Below are positions 49,492 through 59,939 of a DNA stretch of 64,000 nucleotides, one piece after another. The DNA is taken from contig JBDRKL010000010.1 of assembly GCA_043814055.1 (NCBI GenBank), forward strand, positions 64,001-128,000. The letters run 5' to 3'. The DNA is from an archaeon. GTDB lineage: Archaea > Undinarchaeota > Undinarchaeia > Undinarchaeales > JBDRKL01. The notes below the pieces were generated by a model. The model saw only the letters and a program-made list of their open reading frames with translations, had not been told where the DNA came from and searched no databases. The position numbers were made by a program, and so were the translations under genes. Position 1 is the stretch's first letter. Every line of letters starts with the position of its first letter.

Positions 49492-51849
49492 TCACCCCAT
49501 TTTCCTGAGCTTTGCATCAACATCTTTTTCAACTGTTGATGTTTGCGCGCCTGCTGCAAGGCCGTAGCGCCGCCTCTCGCTGAGCTCAGCCAGCTTTCCC
49601 TTGTTCCAGCCACCAACATTCTGGTAGTATCCAGTAATGCGGGACCACCAGTCAACCTTGGTTGAGTTGCAGTTTGAGCAGGTGTTACTCAGGCCGCCGC
49701 TCGTGAAGTTGCAGTCACTGCAAACTGTCAGGTCCTTGGTGAACGCGAAGTATTGTATCGCAGTCTTCTGCGCGATGCGCTTGGTCAGCTCGTATATGCC
49801 CTCTGTGTTCGGATTTGCTTCCCCAAGCCACACATGGCTCATTGCCCCGCCGTCAGTGAGCGGGTGGAACGCGCCCTCAAGGTCAAGGCGGTCAAACATT
49901 GGCACGTCAGCGAACGGGCTCACGTGGAAGCTGTTCGTGTAATATGCACTGTTCCCGCTGCCCTGATAAACAGCCTGGTCCGGATACGCTTTCATGTCAA
50001 TCTGGGCTAGGCGGTACGAACAGGACTCAGCAGGAGTTCTGGCGAGCGAAAAGTTCATACCAGTCTCCTTTCTAAAGTCTGCAACTATATCTTTTATATC
50101 CTTCATGAATTTCAGACCAAATTTCCAGGAATCAGTTGATTCGTGCAGTTCTGAACCGGTGTGCGCCTTGAGCATTTCATTCATCCCAACTAGTCCAATT
50201 ATGAAACTCTGCTTGTCCGGCTCAAGATAGCGATCTCCTTTGTCATTAACAGATTGGGCCATGAAGGGCAATAAGCCATTTTTCAAATTCTTTGAAATTA
50301 TTTTCTTCTTTAGTATATGCGCCTCTTTTGCTTTGTCCATTCTATCCTTTAGGAGTTCATAGAGTTTGCCATCATCCCCTTTTGCTTCATATGCTAACTG
50401 GGGTAGATTTATTGTAACAACTTGCAATGCCCCGCCTCGTAGTGTACCACCGACAATATCATCTTGTGTATTTGCATCACCAAGTGGCATTAAAAATGCA
50501 CAGCACTGATAGCACGAGAACTCAGGCATGTAGGGCTGGTTTATAATATAATATGGAGTGCCAAACTTTGCTGCCAATTCTGAGACTTTAAGCAGAGTTT
50601 CTTCATTCTTGCCGTTCATTTCTTTTGGGTGCAACTGCACCTCAAACTTGGGGAAATTAAACGGCTTGCCGATTGCATCCCCTTCAAGATACACATCAAC
50701 AAATGCATTGAACAATTTGTTTGTTTCATTGTCAAAATCAGCATATGTTGTACTATCCTTAACTACACCACCAGGCAGCACAGCTGGGATGTCCAGGAAC
50801 TGCTTTGGCACGTGCATGTCGCAATCAATGCTTGAAAATACAGTCTGCCCACCGCGGGCCACATACATTTGACTCATCTCGTAGATGAACATCTGCGCCA
50901 TCTGCCTGAGCTTCTTGTCATCCATGCCTGTTACATAGGGGGACAGGAATGTGTTAAAGTACGAAAAACCCTGCCCGCCAGCGCAGTTTGTTTGCGCCGC
51001 AGCCAGCGCTTTCGCAGCGTGCAGGAAAGCAACTTCAGCCTTCTTTGCAGGAGCTGCAACTGCAGTGTGATTACCCACCCCGTCCGCCTTGAACCCGTTC
51101 TTTAGGAAGTACCGCACATCGTGCGAGAAGCAGAATGGTCTCATTGCGAAGTAATCCAGGTCATGGATGTGTATCTGACCCCGCATATGGGCGTCAGACA
51201 ACTCAACAGGGAGAACCTTGACTAGAGTGTATTCTTTGGCAATTTGGTCAGCCATCAACTTGTGCACTGTCTCAGGGTTGTACTGCAGGTTGGCGTTTTC
51301 CTTAGAGCCTTTCTCTATCATCTGAGTTACGTCGTAGACAGGCATTCCGATTCTGGTGTAAAGCTTTCGCTCCTTCTCAAGGCCGTGTACAATAAGCTCG
51401 CGGTTCACAAGTTCCCTGACAAGCGGGGCTGAGAGGAAATTCAAGCCAAGGCGCCTTATCTCTGCTTCAACGTCCTTGGATATCTGCTCTGCCTGTTTTG
51501 GCGCGAGCTTTGTCTCCTTTACAAGAGAGTCTTTTATGCGTAAAGCGTCAAAGGAATCCATCACGTTCTTGGTCGTCCTCACGTAGATTCCATAGTCTTT
51601 AAAGAACATGCTTTTTAGCCCGTCATAAAGAGGAGAGTTTGTATTTATCTGGAAAACCAGCATGTTGCCCTCGGAAGTCTGGCCGAGGAGACCCGTCTCA
51701 GTGAGGCGCTCTAGCTCCTTGCGCACAGAAGGAACCGAAAGATTAGTCATCCTAGCCAGCTTTCGCAGGTGAAAGCTCTTGGTAGGATTTAACAGGAAAA
51801 GCTCAAGGAGCTTAACCCGCGTCTTTGATGTGAATAATTTTTCTAGCAT
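49492..51849 (-). CDS. nrdD: Class III ribonucleoside-triphosphate reductase with N-terminal wHTH and ATP cone
   Basis: 'IHIHDL', 'TPAES', 'YYTNS', Zn ribbon, glycyl-radical 'RITGYY'. Confidence 0.95.
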   Translation of the reverse strand: MLEKLFTSKTRVKLLELFLLNPTKSFHLRKLARMTNLSVPSVRKELERLTETGLLGQTSEGNMLVFQINTNSPLYDGLKSMFFKDYGIYVRTTKNVMDSFDALRIKDSLVKETKLAPKQAEQISKDVEAEIRRLGLNFLSAPLVRELVNRELIVHGLEKERKLYTRIGMPVYDVTQMIEKGSKENANLQYNPETVHKLMADQIAKEYTLVKVLPVELSDAHMRGQIHIHDLDYFAMRPFCFSHDVRYFLKNGFKADGVGNHTAVAAPAKKAEVAFLHAAKALAAAQTNCAGGQGFSYFNTFLSPYVTGMDDKKLRQMAQMFIYEMSQMYVARGGQTVFSSIDCDMHVPKQFLDIPAVLPGGVVKDSTTYADFDNETNKLFNAFVDVYLEGDAIGKPFNFPKFEVQLHPKEMNGKNEETLLKVSELAAKFGTPYYIINQPYMPEFSCYQCCAFLMPLGDANTQDDIVGGTLRGGALQVVTINLPQLAYEAKGDDGKLYELLKDRMDKAKEAHILKKKIISKNLKNGLLPFMAQSVNDKGDRYLEPDKQSFIIGLVGMNEMLKAHTGSELHESTDSWKFGLKFMKDIKDIVADFRKETGMNFSLARTPAESCSYRLAQIDMKAYPDQAVYQGSGNSAYYTNSFHVSPFADVPMFDRLDLEGAFHPLTDGGAMSHVWLGEANPNTEGIYELTKRIAQKTAIQYFAFTKDLTVCSDCNFTSGGLSNTCSNCNSTKVDWWSRITGYYQNVGGWNKGKLAELSERRRYGLAAGAQTSTVEKDVDAKLRKMG

Positions 51850-51963
51850 TTTATTTAGGCCACCACCTTAGTGTAAGGAAAAGATATACGATTGTCATAT
51901 ATAAGTATTTCGGTGGATTTTCGGTAAAAATAGATTTATACCCCCTCAAACTATAAGATTAGT

Positions 51964-53010
51964 ATGAACACCAAAATCGTTATACTAACTTTGCTTTTGG
52001 CCGTAGTGATCTTTAGCGGCTGCATAGACATAAATGTTCCACCAGAGGAGACCCATGAAGATACTCCGATAGACATTCAGCAAGATGAGGAACAACCTGA
52101 TGAAGTGCAAATTGAGGAAAATGTAAATGAAACTCCTGCCTATGCGATAGTAGACAAAACAAAAATTGGCGACGGTTTGAATCCTGCGCTTGAAGTGTAT
52201 AATGAAACACTATTCATCTTCCGGGAGAAATATGCTGGCAACAATTATGATATTTATTACAACACATATGATGGCTCGCTCGGAGACAAAGTGCACGTAG
52301 AAGGCACGATCAAGGACGATAAATACCCATCTACAACTGTGTTTGAAGAAAAACTTTACCTGTTTACAACTGAGATTGCATCAGAAACCAGCACAAATAA
52401 TTTAATCACTTACAAGACCTACGATGGTAAGTGGGGCGATGCGCAAAAAATAGACCATATGGAGTATGATACTTATACGAAAACAGTCGCAGGGGTATAC
52501 AATCACGACCTTTATATGTTATTCAGCCAGGGCCTGAAGAATCAAGAGGGAAAAATAAAGTCAAGGCGGCTTTCAAGCGCGTGGGTCGGTGGGCCAATGA
52601 ACACACAGAGCATAGCCAGCGAGAAGAACCCAGCAATTGTAATAGAGGGCGGCAAGTTGCATATGCTCTATGAGAGCTATTATTCAGAAAAGAATGAGAT
52701 ATTCCACAGATATTATTATGACGGAAAGTGGCAGAAAGCGCAACAGATAACTAACAGCGAAAAGCCAGCCTACAAGACCACTGGAGACATTGAGATTTTT
52801 GAGGGCAAGCTCCACGCGACGTGGTACACCGACGGCGAGATATACCTGAGCACGTATGAGGCAGGTATATGGAGCAGCGCAACCCAGCTCACCAGCAATG
52901 ATTACAGCGACGAAACACCATCACTTGAAGTCTATGACGGCAAACTCTACATCGCCTGGGTTTCACAGAAAGAGCCAGCGCCGTATGTTTATTTGGGCGT
53001 TATAGAATAA
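51964..53010 (+). CDS. Lipoprotein with beta-propeller-like repeats
   Basis: Lipobox 'FSGC'; repeated 'P.+.V++GKL+' blades. Confidence 0.7.
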   Translation: MNTKIVILTLLLAVVIFSGCIDINVPPEETHEDTPIDIQQDEEQPDEVQIEENVNETPAYAIVDKTKIGDGLNPALEVYNETLFIFREKYAGNNYDIYYNTYDGSLGDKVHVEGTIKDDKYPSTTVFEEKLYLFTTEIASETSTNNLITYKTYDGKWGDAQKIDHMEYDTYTKTVAGVYNHDLYMLFSQGLKNQEGKIKSRRLSSAWVGGPMNTQSIASEKNPAIVIEGGKLHMLYESYYSEKNEIFHRYYYDGKWQKAQQITNSEKPAYKTTGDIEIFEGKLHATWYTDGEIYLSTYEAGIWSSATQLTSNDYSDETPSLEVYDGKLYIAWVSQKEPAPYVYLGVIE

Positions 53011-53059
53011 AACAGTAGCAATTATATATTGAAACCTCCATTGAGAATGAGTTCTAATA

Positions 53060-53179
53060 GCCGAGGTGAAAACACAGACCTTAAATTTGGTTACTGTGTT
53101 AAACCTCGTCGCTGGAGAATATATAAAACGCCGAGGCTTGCATGCAGACCTTACAGTTTGCAACTGCATGAGTCGCGGC
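53060..53179 (+). repeat. Two tandem hairpin repeats starting GCCGAGG
   Basis: 53060-53112 and 53130-53179; shared CAGACCTTA core and compensatory stems. Confidence 0.65.
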
Positions 53180-53203
53180 TTGCAAAGAAATTGGTTAAAA
53201 CAA

Positions 53204-53290
53204 GCCGAGGTGGCACAATCTGGTAATGCGCGACCCTGGAAAGGTCGTTTCCTCACGGATATGCAAGTTCAAATCTTGCCCTCGGCGCCA
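53204..53290 (+). tRNA. tRNA-Ser(GGA), CCA encoded
   Basis: GCCGAGG/CCTCGGC acceptor, CGACC-CT GGA AA-GGTCG, long variable arm, G73. Confidence 0.96.
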
Positions 53291-53345
53291 ACCTTTTTCC
53301 GGCTACGCCGCAAAAAGCTTGACCAAAAAATCTCGCTTCGCTCGT
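53289..53345 (+). repeat. tRNA-associated repeat, copy 3
   Basis: Near-identical to 19441-19499. Confidence 0.85.
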
Positions 53346-53561
53346 AATTAATGTTTCTGGCGCCAACCTTTTTATTGGTTCTGTTTTTGAAAAAAGTTTG
53401 ATCAAAAACTCGCTGACGCTCGTTATGAAAATTGATTCTCCCATTTGACCAAAGGCATTCAAATTGCCTGGCAAGGTGGCTTCGGCTTTAGCCGAACGCC
53501 GCCTAATGTGCCGCCTGAAGTTGCAGGCGGTTCTGAATCTTGCCCTCGGCGCTTTTCAAGA

Positions 53562-54212
53562 TCAGAACATATTTTCGTCAAACTCTAGCACCCGAAGTTT
53601 TGCTTGTTCGCGCAAAATTGATCTTGACGCTTCAAATCGGTTGTCTAAGTCACCCTTTTTGTTAACTAACCTAAATTCAGGTATTGTAATCGGCTCAACT
53701 CCTTTTTCAAAAAATTCGTCCAATTTATGGCGATCATATTTGATATAGCCCTTTGAGGGAATGCTTGCAGTTCCGATAAGGTAATAAATTTTTGGCGGGT
53801 TATATTGTACTTTATTGGAGTTCTGAAATTTCATAGTTAATAAATGATTTAGTGCAAGACTCATACATTTTTCTCTAAAATGTCCTGCTACAAAAACAAC
53901 TGTAGGTTGGATATTATTCTCTAATAATTTATCATAAAAATTTCTACAAAAAAAGCGAGTATTATCCTTACACAAAAAAATCAGGTTAGATATGTCTATT
54001 CCTATTTTTTTAGCTCGTTCTAAAAGTGACTCATCTTTATCTGCAAACACAATCTCAAATCCCTTTTCTTGGGCAATTTTCATAAGCTCTACTGCCGTTG
54101 TTCTGTGCTTTCTTGCCAAATGCCCGTATCCCCTGTGCATAAGTGATTCATCTCCGGTTCCAACAAAAAATAGGACAACTGATTTTTTTAAATTTTTAAC
54201 ATTAGTTTTCAT
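53562..54212 (-). CDS. Hypothetical protein (AT-rich), possibly cysteine-hydrolase fold
   Basis: 216-aa ORF; weak 'VFVAG....KCM' resemblance. Confidence 0.5.
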   Translation of the reverse strand: MKTNVKNLKKSVVLFFVGTGDESLMHRGYGHLARKHRTTAVELMKIAQEKGFEIVFADKDESLLERAKKIGIDISNLIFLCKDNTRFFCRNFYDKLLENNIQPTVVFVAGHFREKCMSLALNHLLTMKFQNSNKVQYNPPKIYYLIGTASIPSKGYIKYDRHKLDEFFEKGVEPITIPEFRLVNKKGDLDNRFEASRSILREQAKLRVLEFDENMF

Positions 54213-54258
54213 GTGGTGTCTATTAATTTTTATGTTGCGGCTTGTATTTATTTAAATC

Positions 54259-54834
54259 CTAAATGATCCCGCGCGCGCCCCCCAGCACATTTTTAACCTT
54301 CTTAAGAAGCAGTTCAAACTTGTCAAAGCCGGCAGCTGTGTTGAAATGCCCTGCGTTTGGAACAAACGTTAGTTCAGTGCCTAGCTGTTTAGAAGTTTCT
54401 CTCCCGTTGCCAATCGACACATAAGGATCCGGGTCAGAGTGAAAGACAAAAAAGTTTGAACAGTTTTCTTTTATCTTTACCCAATCAAAGGGATGTCCAA
54501 TAAATGGTTTATCACCTTCATAGTTTTTGATAGGCAAAACTCCCACAGGCGCAGAAACAATGAAAGCTGCTTTTATTTTAATATTAGATTGCTCTAGTAC
54601 GCGAAGCAAAAACGCGCCGCCCAAGCTGTGTCCAATTAGAATAGTGTCTTCAGTAAAATGCTCTTTGTATTGGTTAAACACAGGGAACCAAGTCGCAGGC
54701 GTTTGGTTTTCAGGCGTTGGAAACTGCGGAATAAATACTTTGCACCCTAAAGATTCCAACTCAGCTTTTAGCCAGGGAAACCAGTTCTCTTCTGGATACC
54801 CACCTGTCCCGTGGAAGATAAAAACATTAGCCAT
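54259..54834 (-). CDS. RBBP9/YdeN-family alpha/beta hydrolase
   Basis: 'IFHG....NWFPWL', GHSLG, 'DPYV', 'AGHFN'. Confidence 0.9.
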   Translation of the reverse strand: MANVFIFHGTGGYPEENWFPWLKAELESLGCKVFIPQFPTPENQTPATWFPVFNQYKEHFTEDTILIGHSLGGAFLLRVLEQSNIKIKAAFIVSAPVGVLPIKNYEGDKPFIGHPFDWVKIKENCSNFFVFHSDPDPYVSIGNGRETSKQLGTELTFVPNAGHFNTAAGFDKFELLLKKVKNVLGGARGII

Positions 54835-54947
54835 AATGCACAGTAGGCAGGTCTGAATAAATACGTTTCTGAACCTTAATCTATTTCAAAGTCGCGCAAT
54901 ACCACAGCGTACCGTTCTTATACGCACTTAGCACTGCATAACTTTCT

Positions 54948-55451
54948 TCAAATAAATACATTTCTTGCACCCTCCAGAACCGCGGTGTAGTCCATCCTGC
55001 GCGGCTCGCTGATTATTCCAAGGATTTCGTAGTCCTTGATTCGCTCGCCGAATGCCTGCCGGAAGCGCTTCAGGATTTCGCTGAAGTGCCCCTGGTCGCG
55101 GGCTGCAATTGTGATTGCGTAGTCATACCGGCCGACAAGGCCTTTTGCATTAACAATGTATTGGGAGGAATGGAGGTAGCGCGCAATTTTTTCCTCAGCT
55201 TCTGGCGTCAGGCTGTGGAATGAGACAAGAACTTCGTTCAGCGTAGTGAAGCCGATTTCTGCAGGATTGAGCACTGCGAGAAAGTCCCTGATGACTTTCT
55301 TCTCGTGCAGTCTTTTGATGCGGTAGCGCACAACCTCCTGGGACAAATCAACGCGCTGAGCTATGGTTGCGAGGGAGACTCGGCCGTCCCTGCACAGCTC
55401 CTTGAGGATGTTATGGTCCTTTTTGTCCAGTTTTTGCTCAGTTTTACCCAT
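54948..55451 (-). CDS. Lrp/AsnC family regulator
   Basis: 'LDKKD..IL..L..DGR' HTH and 'GRYDY'. Confidence 0.9.
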   Translation of the reverse strand: MGKTEQKLDKKDHNILKELCRDGRVSLATIAQRVDLSQEVVRYRIKRLHEKKVIRDFLAVLNPAEIGFTTLNEVLVSFHSLTPEAEEKIARYLHSSQYIVNAKGLVGRYDYAITIAARDQGHFSEILKRFRQAFGERIKDYEILGIISEPRRMDYTAVLEGARNVFI

Positions 55452-55772
55452 ATTTACTGATATGGAAAAGAATAGTATATAAACCTTTCTATTTCAGAAG
55501 AAATAATGATAATATTTCTTTTATAGAAAAAATATAGAATATAATTAACTATAACAGTAAAAAGTGTGAAAAATGGCGTTTTTGAAGGCATCCTGCCTTA
55601 ATATGAGAACTTTTAAGAAGTTTTTTACAGCTTCGCTCGCTAAAAAAGCTGGCGAAAAACTAAAGCAGAAACCTAACTCTTAATCTCTATCTCAGCTTTT
55701 TTGGACGTTCGCTACACTCACTAAAAAAGCTGGCAAAAAACCGTGCCGCAATCAAATTTGACAAGCGGCTGT

Positions 55773-56084
55773 TTAACTCTTGATTTCTATCTCAATATTA
55801 ACGCCGTCAGGAACCTGTAGCCTCATAACCTGCCGCATAACCCGGTCATTCGGCTCAACATCAAGAACTCGCTTGTGAATGCGCATCTGCCAGCGTTCCC
55901 AGGTTGCCGTGCCGTTGCCTGAAACGCTCTTTCTTGTTGGTATCTTAAGAATTTTAGTAGGTAGTGGAATAGGGCCTGCGTAATCAACCTTGCTCTCGCC
56001 TGCTATGTATTTAATCTGACTGCAAATCTCATTGAGCTGATTTATGTCAACGCCACTGAGTCTGATACGCGCTTTAGTTGTCAT
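55773..56084 (-). CDS. rps10: 30S ribosomal protein S10
   Basis: 'GPIPLPTK', 'MRIHKR'. Confidence 0.97.
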   Translation of the reverse strand: MTTKARIRLSGVDINQLNEICSQIKYIAGESKVDYAGPIPLPTKILKIPTRKSVSGNGTATWERWQMRIHKRVLDVEPNDRVMRQVMRLQVPDGVNIEIEIKS

Positions 56085-56104
56085 TTAAAAATAGGAAACA
56101 GGAA

Positions 56105-56126
56105 GAGGGGTCTGCATTGACCCCTC
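56105..56126 (-). terminator. Hairpin with T-rich tail after tuf
   Basis: GAGGGGTC/GACCCCTC 8-bp stem followed on the minus strand by TTCCTGTTTCCTATTTT. Confidence 0.5.
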
Positions 56127-56139
56127 AACCTCAGATTAT

Positions 56140-57468
56140 TTACTTTTTAGCCTTAGCCTCCGGTTTTTCTTTGGCGTCTGATTTTGTCTTACCCTCTACT
56201 TTTGCCTTGACATCAGTTACCATTCCAGCTCCAACTGTCGCGCCCATGTCTCGGATAGCGAACCTGCCGAGCGGCGGGAAATCAGCTGCTTTCTCAACCA
56301 CAAATGGCTTTGTTGGCTTGAGCCTCACAATAGCTGCGTCACCTGTCTTGAGGAAGTCTGGGTTCGCTTCCTTGACCTCACCAGTTGCCGGGTCAATCTT
56401 CTTTAGAAGCTCAACGAATGTGCACGCAACCTGGGCTGTGTGGCAGTGGAACACTGGAGTGTAGCCCTTTGTAATTGCGGTTGGGTGCTGCAGCACGATT
56501 ATCTGTGCTGTGAACTCCTCTGCAACTACCGGCGGGCTTGATGCCTCGCCAGCCACGTCTCCGCGCTTCACGTCGCCTTTTCCGATTCCTCGGATGTTAG
56601 CTCCAACATTGTCGCCTGGCTCTGCCTTTTCAAGCTGCTCGTGGTGCATTTCAACACTCTTTACCTCACCAGTTGCGCCTGATGGCTGGAATACCAGCTT
56701 CATGTTAGGCTTTAACACACCAGTCTCAACACGACCGACAGGAACTGTGCCGACACCAGTGATGGTGTATGCGTCCTGAATTGGCCACCTGAGCGGCTTG
56801 TCTGTCAGCTTCGCCGGCGGGACTAGGTCGTCAAGCGCAGCGGTTAAATGCTTGCCCTTGTACCAGCCCATCTTCTCGCCTGCTGGCTTTGTAACGTTCT
56901 CGCCGCTTACGAAAGAAGCTGTTGGTATGAACGGAACCTTGTCAATCTTGACGCCAATCGGCTTCAGAAGGTCTTCAACAGTCTTCTTGACCTCGTTGAA
57001 GCGGTCTTCCTTGTAGTCAACCTCGTCCATCTTGTTGATGCAGACGATAAGCTGGTTGACGCCGAGCGTCTTGGTAAGCCAAGCGTGCTCCTTGGTCTGG
57101 GGCTGTATGCCCTCTTTTGCGGACACCATCAAAACTGCAGCATCTGCCTGGGAAGCACCCGTAATCATGTTCTTCACGAAGTCCCTGTGACCCGGAGCAT
57201 CAATGATTGTAAAGTAGAACTTGTCCGTGTCAAAGCGCTTGTGAGCAACATCAATTGTAAGCCCGCGCTCGCGCTCTTCTTTCATTCTGTCCATTATGAA
57301 AGCCAGACCAAAAGTTTCCTTTCCGTATTTCTTGGCCTCCTCCTGGATCTTCTTCATTTCCTGTTCAGGAATGTTGCCGGTGTCGAACAAAATTCGTCCG
57401 ACTGTGGTCGATTTGCCGTGGTCAACGTGACCAACAACGACCAGATTCATGTGTGGTTTGTTTGCCAT
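56140..57468 (-). CDS. tuf: Elongation factor aEF-1A
   Basis: [18 protein letters not shown]; start at MANKPH. Confidence 0.98.
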   Translation of the reverse strand: MANKPHMNLVVVGHVDHGKSTTVGRILFDTGNIPEQEMKKIQEEAKKYGKETFGLAFIMDRMKEERERGLTIDVAHKRFDTDKFYFTIIDAPGHRDFVKNMITGASQADAAVLMVSAKEGIQPQTKEHAWLTKTLGVNQLIVCINKMDEVDYKEDRFNEVKKTVEDLLKPIGVKIDKVPFIPTASFVSGENVTKPAGEKMGWYKGKHLTAALDDLVPPAKLTDKPLRWPIQDAYTITGVGTVPVGRVETGVLKPNMKLVFQPSGATGEVKSVEMHHEQLEKAEPGDNVGANIRGIGKGDVKRGDVAGEASSPPVVAEEFTAQIIVLQHPTAITKGYTPVFHCHTAQVACTFVELLKKIDPATGEVKEANPDFLKTGDAAIVRLKPTKPFVVEKAADFPPLGRFAIRDMGATVGAGMVTDVKAKVEGKTKSDAKEKPEAKAKK

Positions 57469-57664
57469 TTTATGTAACCTCCATATTACTATTAAATAGA
57501 TAACATTAGCTCGGTTAAGATACTTTTGCCATCTCCCTTTAAACACCTAAAAGGTGCTCTGTTATATGGTTCTAAGGAGTATATAAAGTTTATCTCAAAG
57601 ATGTGGAAGCTTCATACTGTACCACTTTGAGATCAACTAAGTTACCAATTACAAAGTCTAAGTG

Positions 57665-59854
57665 TTATTCAAGGTAATCGCTTGGCTTTGGCAGGTCCTC
57701 TTTGAGCCCTTTCCTCTGCCTGATTTCCTTCACGACCTTCATCTGGATTTCCTGCGGGAGCTGCTCAAACCCTGCGTTCTCTGTGCTCCAGAGCACGCGG
57801 CCCTCTGTTGCTGAGCGGATATCATTTGAGAAACCAAACAATTCAGCCACAGGCGCCTTGGCTGTAATCTCAGTGCTGTCCCCTTCCTGCTGCATGTCCA
57901 GAATCTGCCCTCTACGGGACTGCATCTCCTTGTTCACAGCACCCATGTGCTCGTCTGGAACTCGGATAAAGAGCGTCTGTTTTGGCTCAAGCAATCTCAC
58001 GCCCGCGGTTAGCATAGCGCCCTTGATAGCGGAACGCACTGCTGGAATAACTTGTGCCGGGCCCCGGTGAATGGCATCTTCGTGGAGTTTTGTGTCGTGC
58101 AGCTTGACCTTTACCCCAGCGCACGATTCATCGCAGAGCGGGCCTCTCTTCATTACCACCTCAAATGCCTCAATTGCGAGCTCCATAATTTCAGTAAGGT
58201 GAACCTCACCCTTGACCATGCTGATTAGCATGTTCTGGCCGCAGATGTCAGCAACACCCTTTGCCTCGTTTTTGTCAAGTCCAAGCTCCTGGAATTCAGC
58301 CAGATACTCCTTCTTCTTGACCTTGCCCTGCGCAAGCTTGCCCTGGAATATCGCAGTCTGGAGGGGTTGCTCAAGGGGCTCAACTGTTATGTAGAACTTG
58401 TTATGCCTGTTTGGGCTCTTGCCCTCAACCTCAGGCGATGCCTTGTCAATGGTCTCCCTGTAAACCACAATTGGGTCAGAGTGAGTGATTGGAATTTTCT
58501 TGTCGTGTTCTATCCTGTACCTCCAAATCTCAAGGTGCAGTTCGCCCTGGCCGGACATCTTGTGCTCACCAGTGGCTTCGTCAAGCTCAATCTTGATTGC
58601 AGGATCCTCCTTTTCTATGTTCCTGAGAACTTCAACCAGCTTAGGAAGGTCTGCTGTATTCTTTGCCTCAATAGCCTCTGTAACAACTGGCTCTGCCTCG
58701 TGGATTGCTTCAAATGGCTCAATTGGATTATTTGGGTCGCAGACAGTTTCCCCAGATCTTGCTGATTTCAAGCCCATCACTGCGATTATGTTGCCGGCAG
58801 GAACCTTCTCAATCTTTGAGCGTTCAGGCCCCATGTAAATTCCAACCTGCTGGGTTCGGAAATTCTGACCAATGTTGCACAAGTGTACTTCAGCACCGTC
58901 ATACAGTGTTCCTGAGAATAATCTGCCTGTTGCAACATCGCCCGCTTGCGGGTCAATTATCATTTTTGTAACCATTAGGGCGAGCGGACCCTCAGAGTTG
59001 CACTCTGCCAATTTTGCCTCCATTTCCTTGTCGTCACCAGGCCAAATCTGAGGTATCCTGTAAATCTGCGCCTGCTTCGGGCTTGGGTGGTGCTTTACGA
59101 CCATATCAAGAAGAATCTTGTGAAGCGGTGCTTTCTTGTAAAGGTTCTGCCATTCCTCTGATGCATAAGAATCAAGAATGTCCTTGAAGCCGAGCCCGAG
59201 CTTCTTCATGTGCGGCAAAGAAAGCGCCCACTTGTGGAACGCTGAGCCGAACATGACAGAGCCGTCATCCACACCAACCTTGAACTGTTCATAGAGCTCT
59301 GGTGTGCAGTTCTTGCGGATGAGCTCGTTAACACGCGCTATAATCTTGACAAACCGCTTCTGCATCTCCTCAGGCGTAAGCTTGATTTCCCTGATTAAGC
59401 GGTCAACCTTGTTAATGAAAAGAATCGGCCTGACGCGCTCGCGCATTGCCTGCCTGAGCACGGTCTCAGTCTGGGGCATGGCGCCTTCAACAGCGCATAC
59501 CACAACAACCCCGCCGTCAACAGCGCGCATCGCGCGGATAACGTCACCGCCGAAGTCAACGTGGCCTGGAGTGTCAATCATGTTTATGAGATATTCCACA
59601 CCATCAACTTCGTGCAAAAGCGAAACGTTAGCTGCATTAATCGTGATACCACGTGCCTGTTCCTGCTCGTCAAAATCCATAAACAGCTGCTTTCCTGCGT
59701 GCTCCTCTGAAATCATGCCTGAGCCGGCGACCAGGCTGTCCGACAGCGTGGTCTTGCCGTGGTCAATATGCGCTATAATACCAATGTTCCTGATTTTGTC
59801 AGGCTTCCACATCAATTCCTTTACCTTAGCAATCAAATCTTCTTTTCGTGCCAT
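57665..59854 (-). CDS. fusA: Elongation factor aEF-2
   Basis: AHIDHGKTT, DTPGHVDF, diphthamide loop HEDAIHRG. Confidence 0.98.
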   Translation of the reverse strand: MARKEDLIAKVKELMWKPDKIRNIGIIAHIDHGKTTLSDSLVAGSGMISEEHAGKQLFMDFDEQEQARGITINAANVSLLHEVDGVEYLINMIDTPGHVDFGGDVIRAMRAVDGGVVVVCAVEGAMPQTETVLRQAMRERVRPILFINKVDRLIREIKLTPEEMQKRFVKIIARVNELIRKNCTPELYEQFKVGVDDGSVMFGSAFHKWALSLPHMKKLGLGFKDILDSYASEEWQNLYKKAPLHKILLDMVVKHHPSPKQAQIYRIPQIWPGDDKEMEAKLAECNSEGPLALMVTKMIIDPQAGDVATGRLFSGTLYDGAEVHLCNIGQNFRTQQVGIYMGPERSKIEKVPAGNIIAVMGLKSARSGETVCDPNNPIEPFEAIHEAEPVVTEAIEAKNTADLPKLVEVLRNIEKEDPAIKIELDEATGEHKMSGQGELHLEIWRYRIEHDKKIPITHSDPIVVYRETIDKASPEVEGKSPNRHNKFYITVEPLEQPLQTAIFQGKLAQGKVKKKEYLAEFQELGLDKNEAKGVADICGQNMLISMVKGEVHLTEIMELAIEAFEVVMKRGPLCDESCAGVKVKLHDTKLHEDAIHRGPAQVIPAVRSAIKGAMLTAGVRLLEPKQTLFIRVPDEHMGAVNKEMQSRRGQILDMQQEGDSTEITAKAPVAELFGFSNDIRSATEGRVLWSTENAGFEQLPQEIQMKVVKEIRQRKGLKEDLPKPSDYLE

Positions 59855-59939
59855 TTCAAAGTTTCTCCTTTTTCTCCAGCTTTGAAATGCACACAAAGCT
59901 GGAGACCTTTATGATGCTTTGTTGTGCCATTTTTTAAAA

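Noticed and set aside
49492-51849. Intein or intron in nrdD
   Set aside because: Extra length is N-terminal; no intein splice-junction or homing-endonuclease motifs and the frame is continuous
57497-57537. Fluoride-riboswitch-like sequence (GGAGATGGC...AACCG.GCTAATG) upstream of tuf
   Set aside because: The UGA and pseudoknot 3' strand do not fit and the gene context is wrong; an Infernal search would be needed
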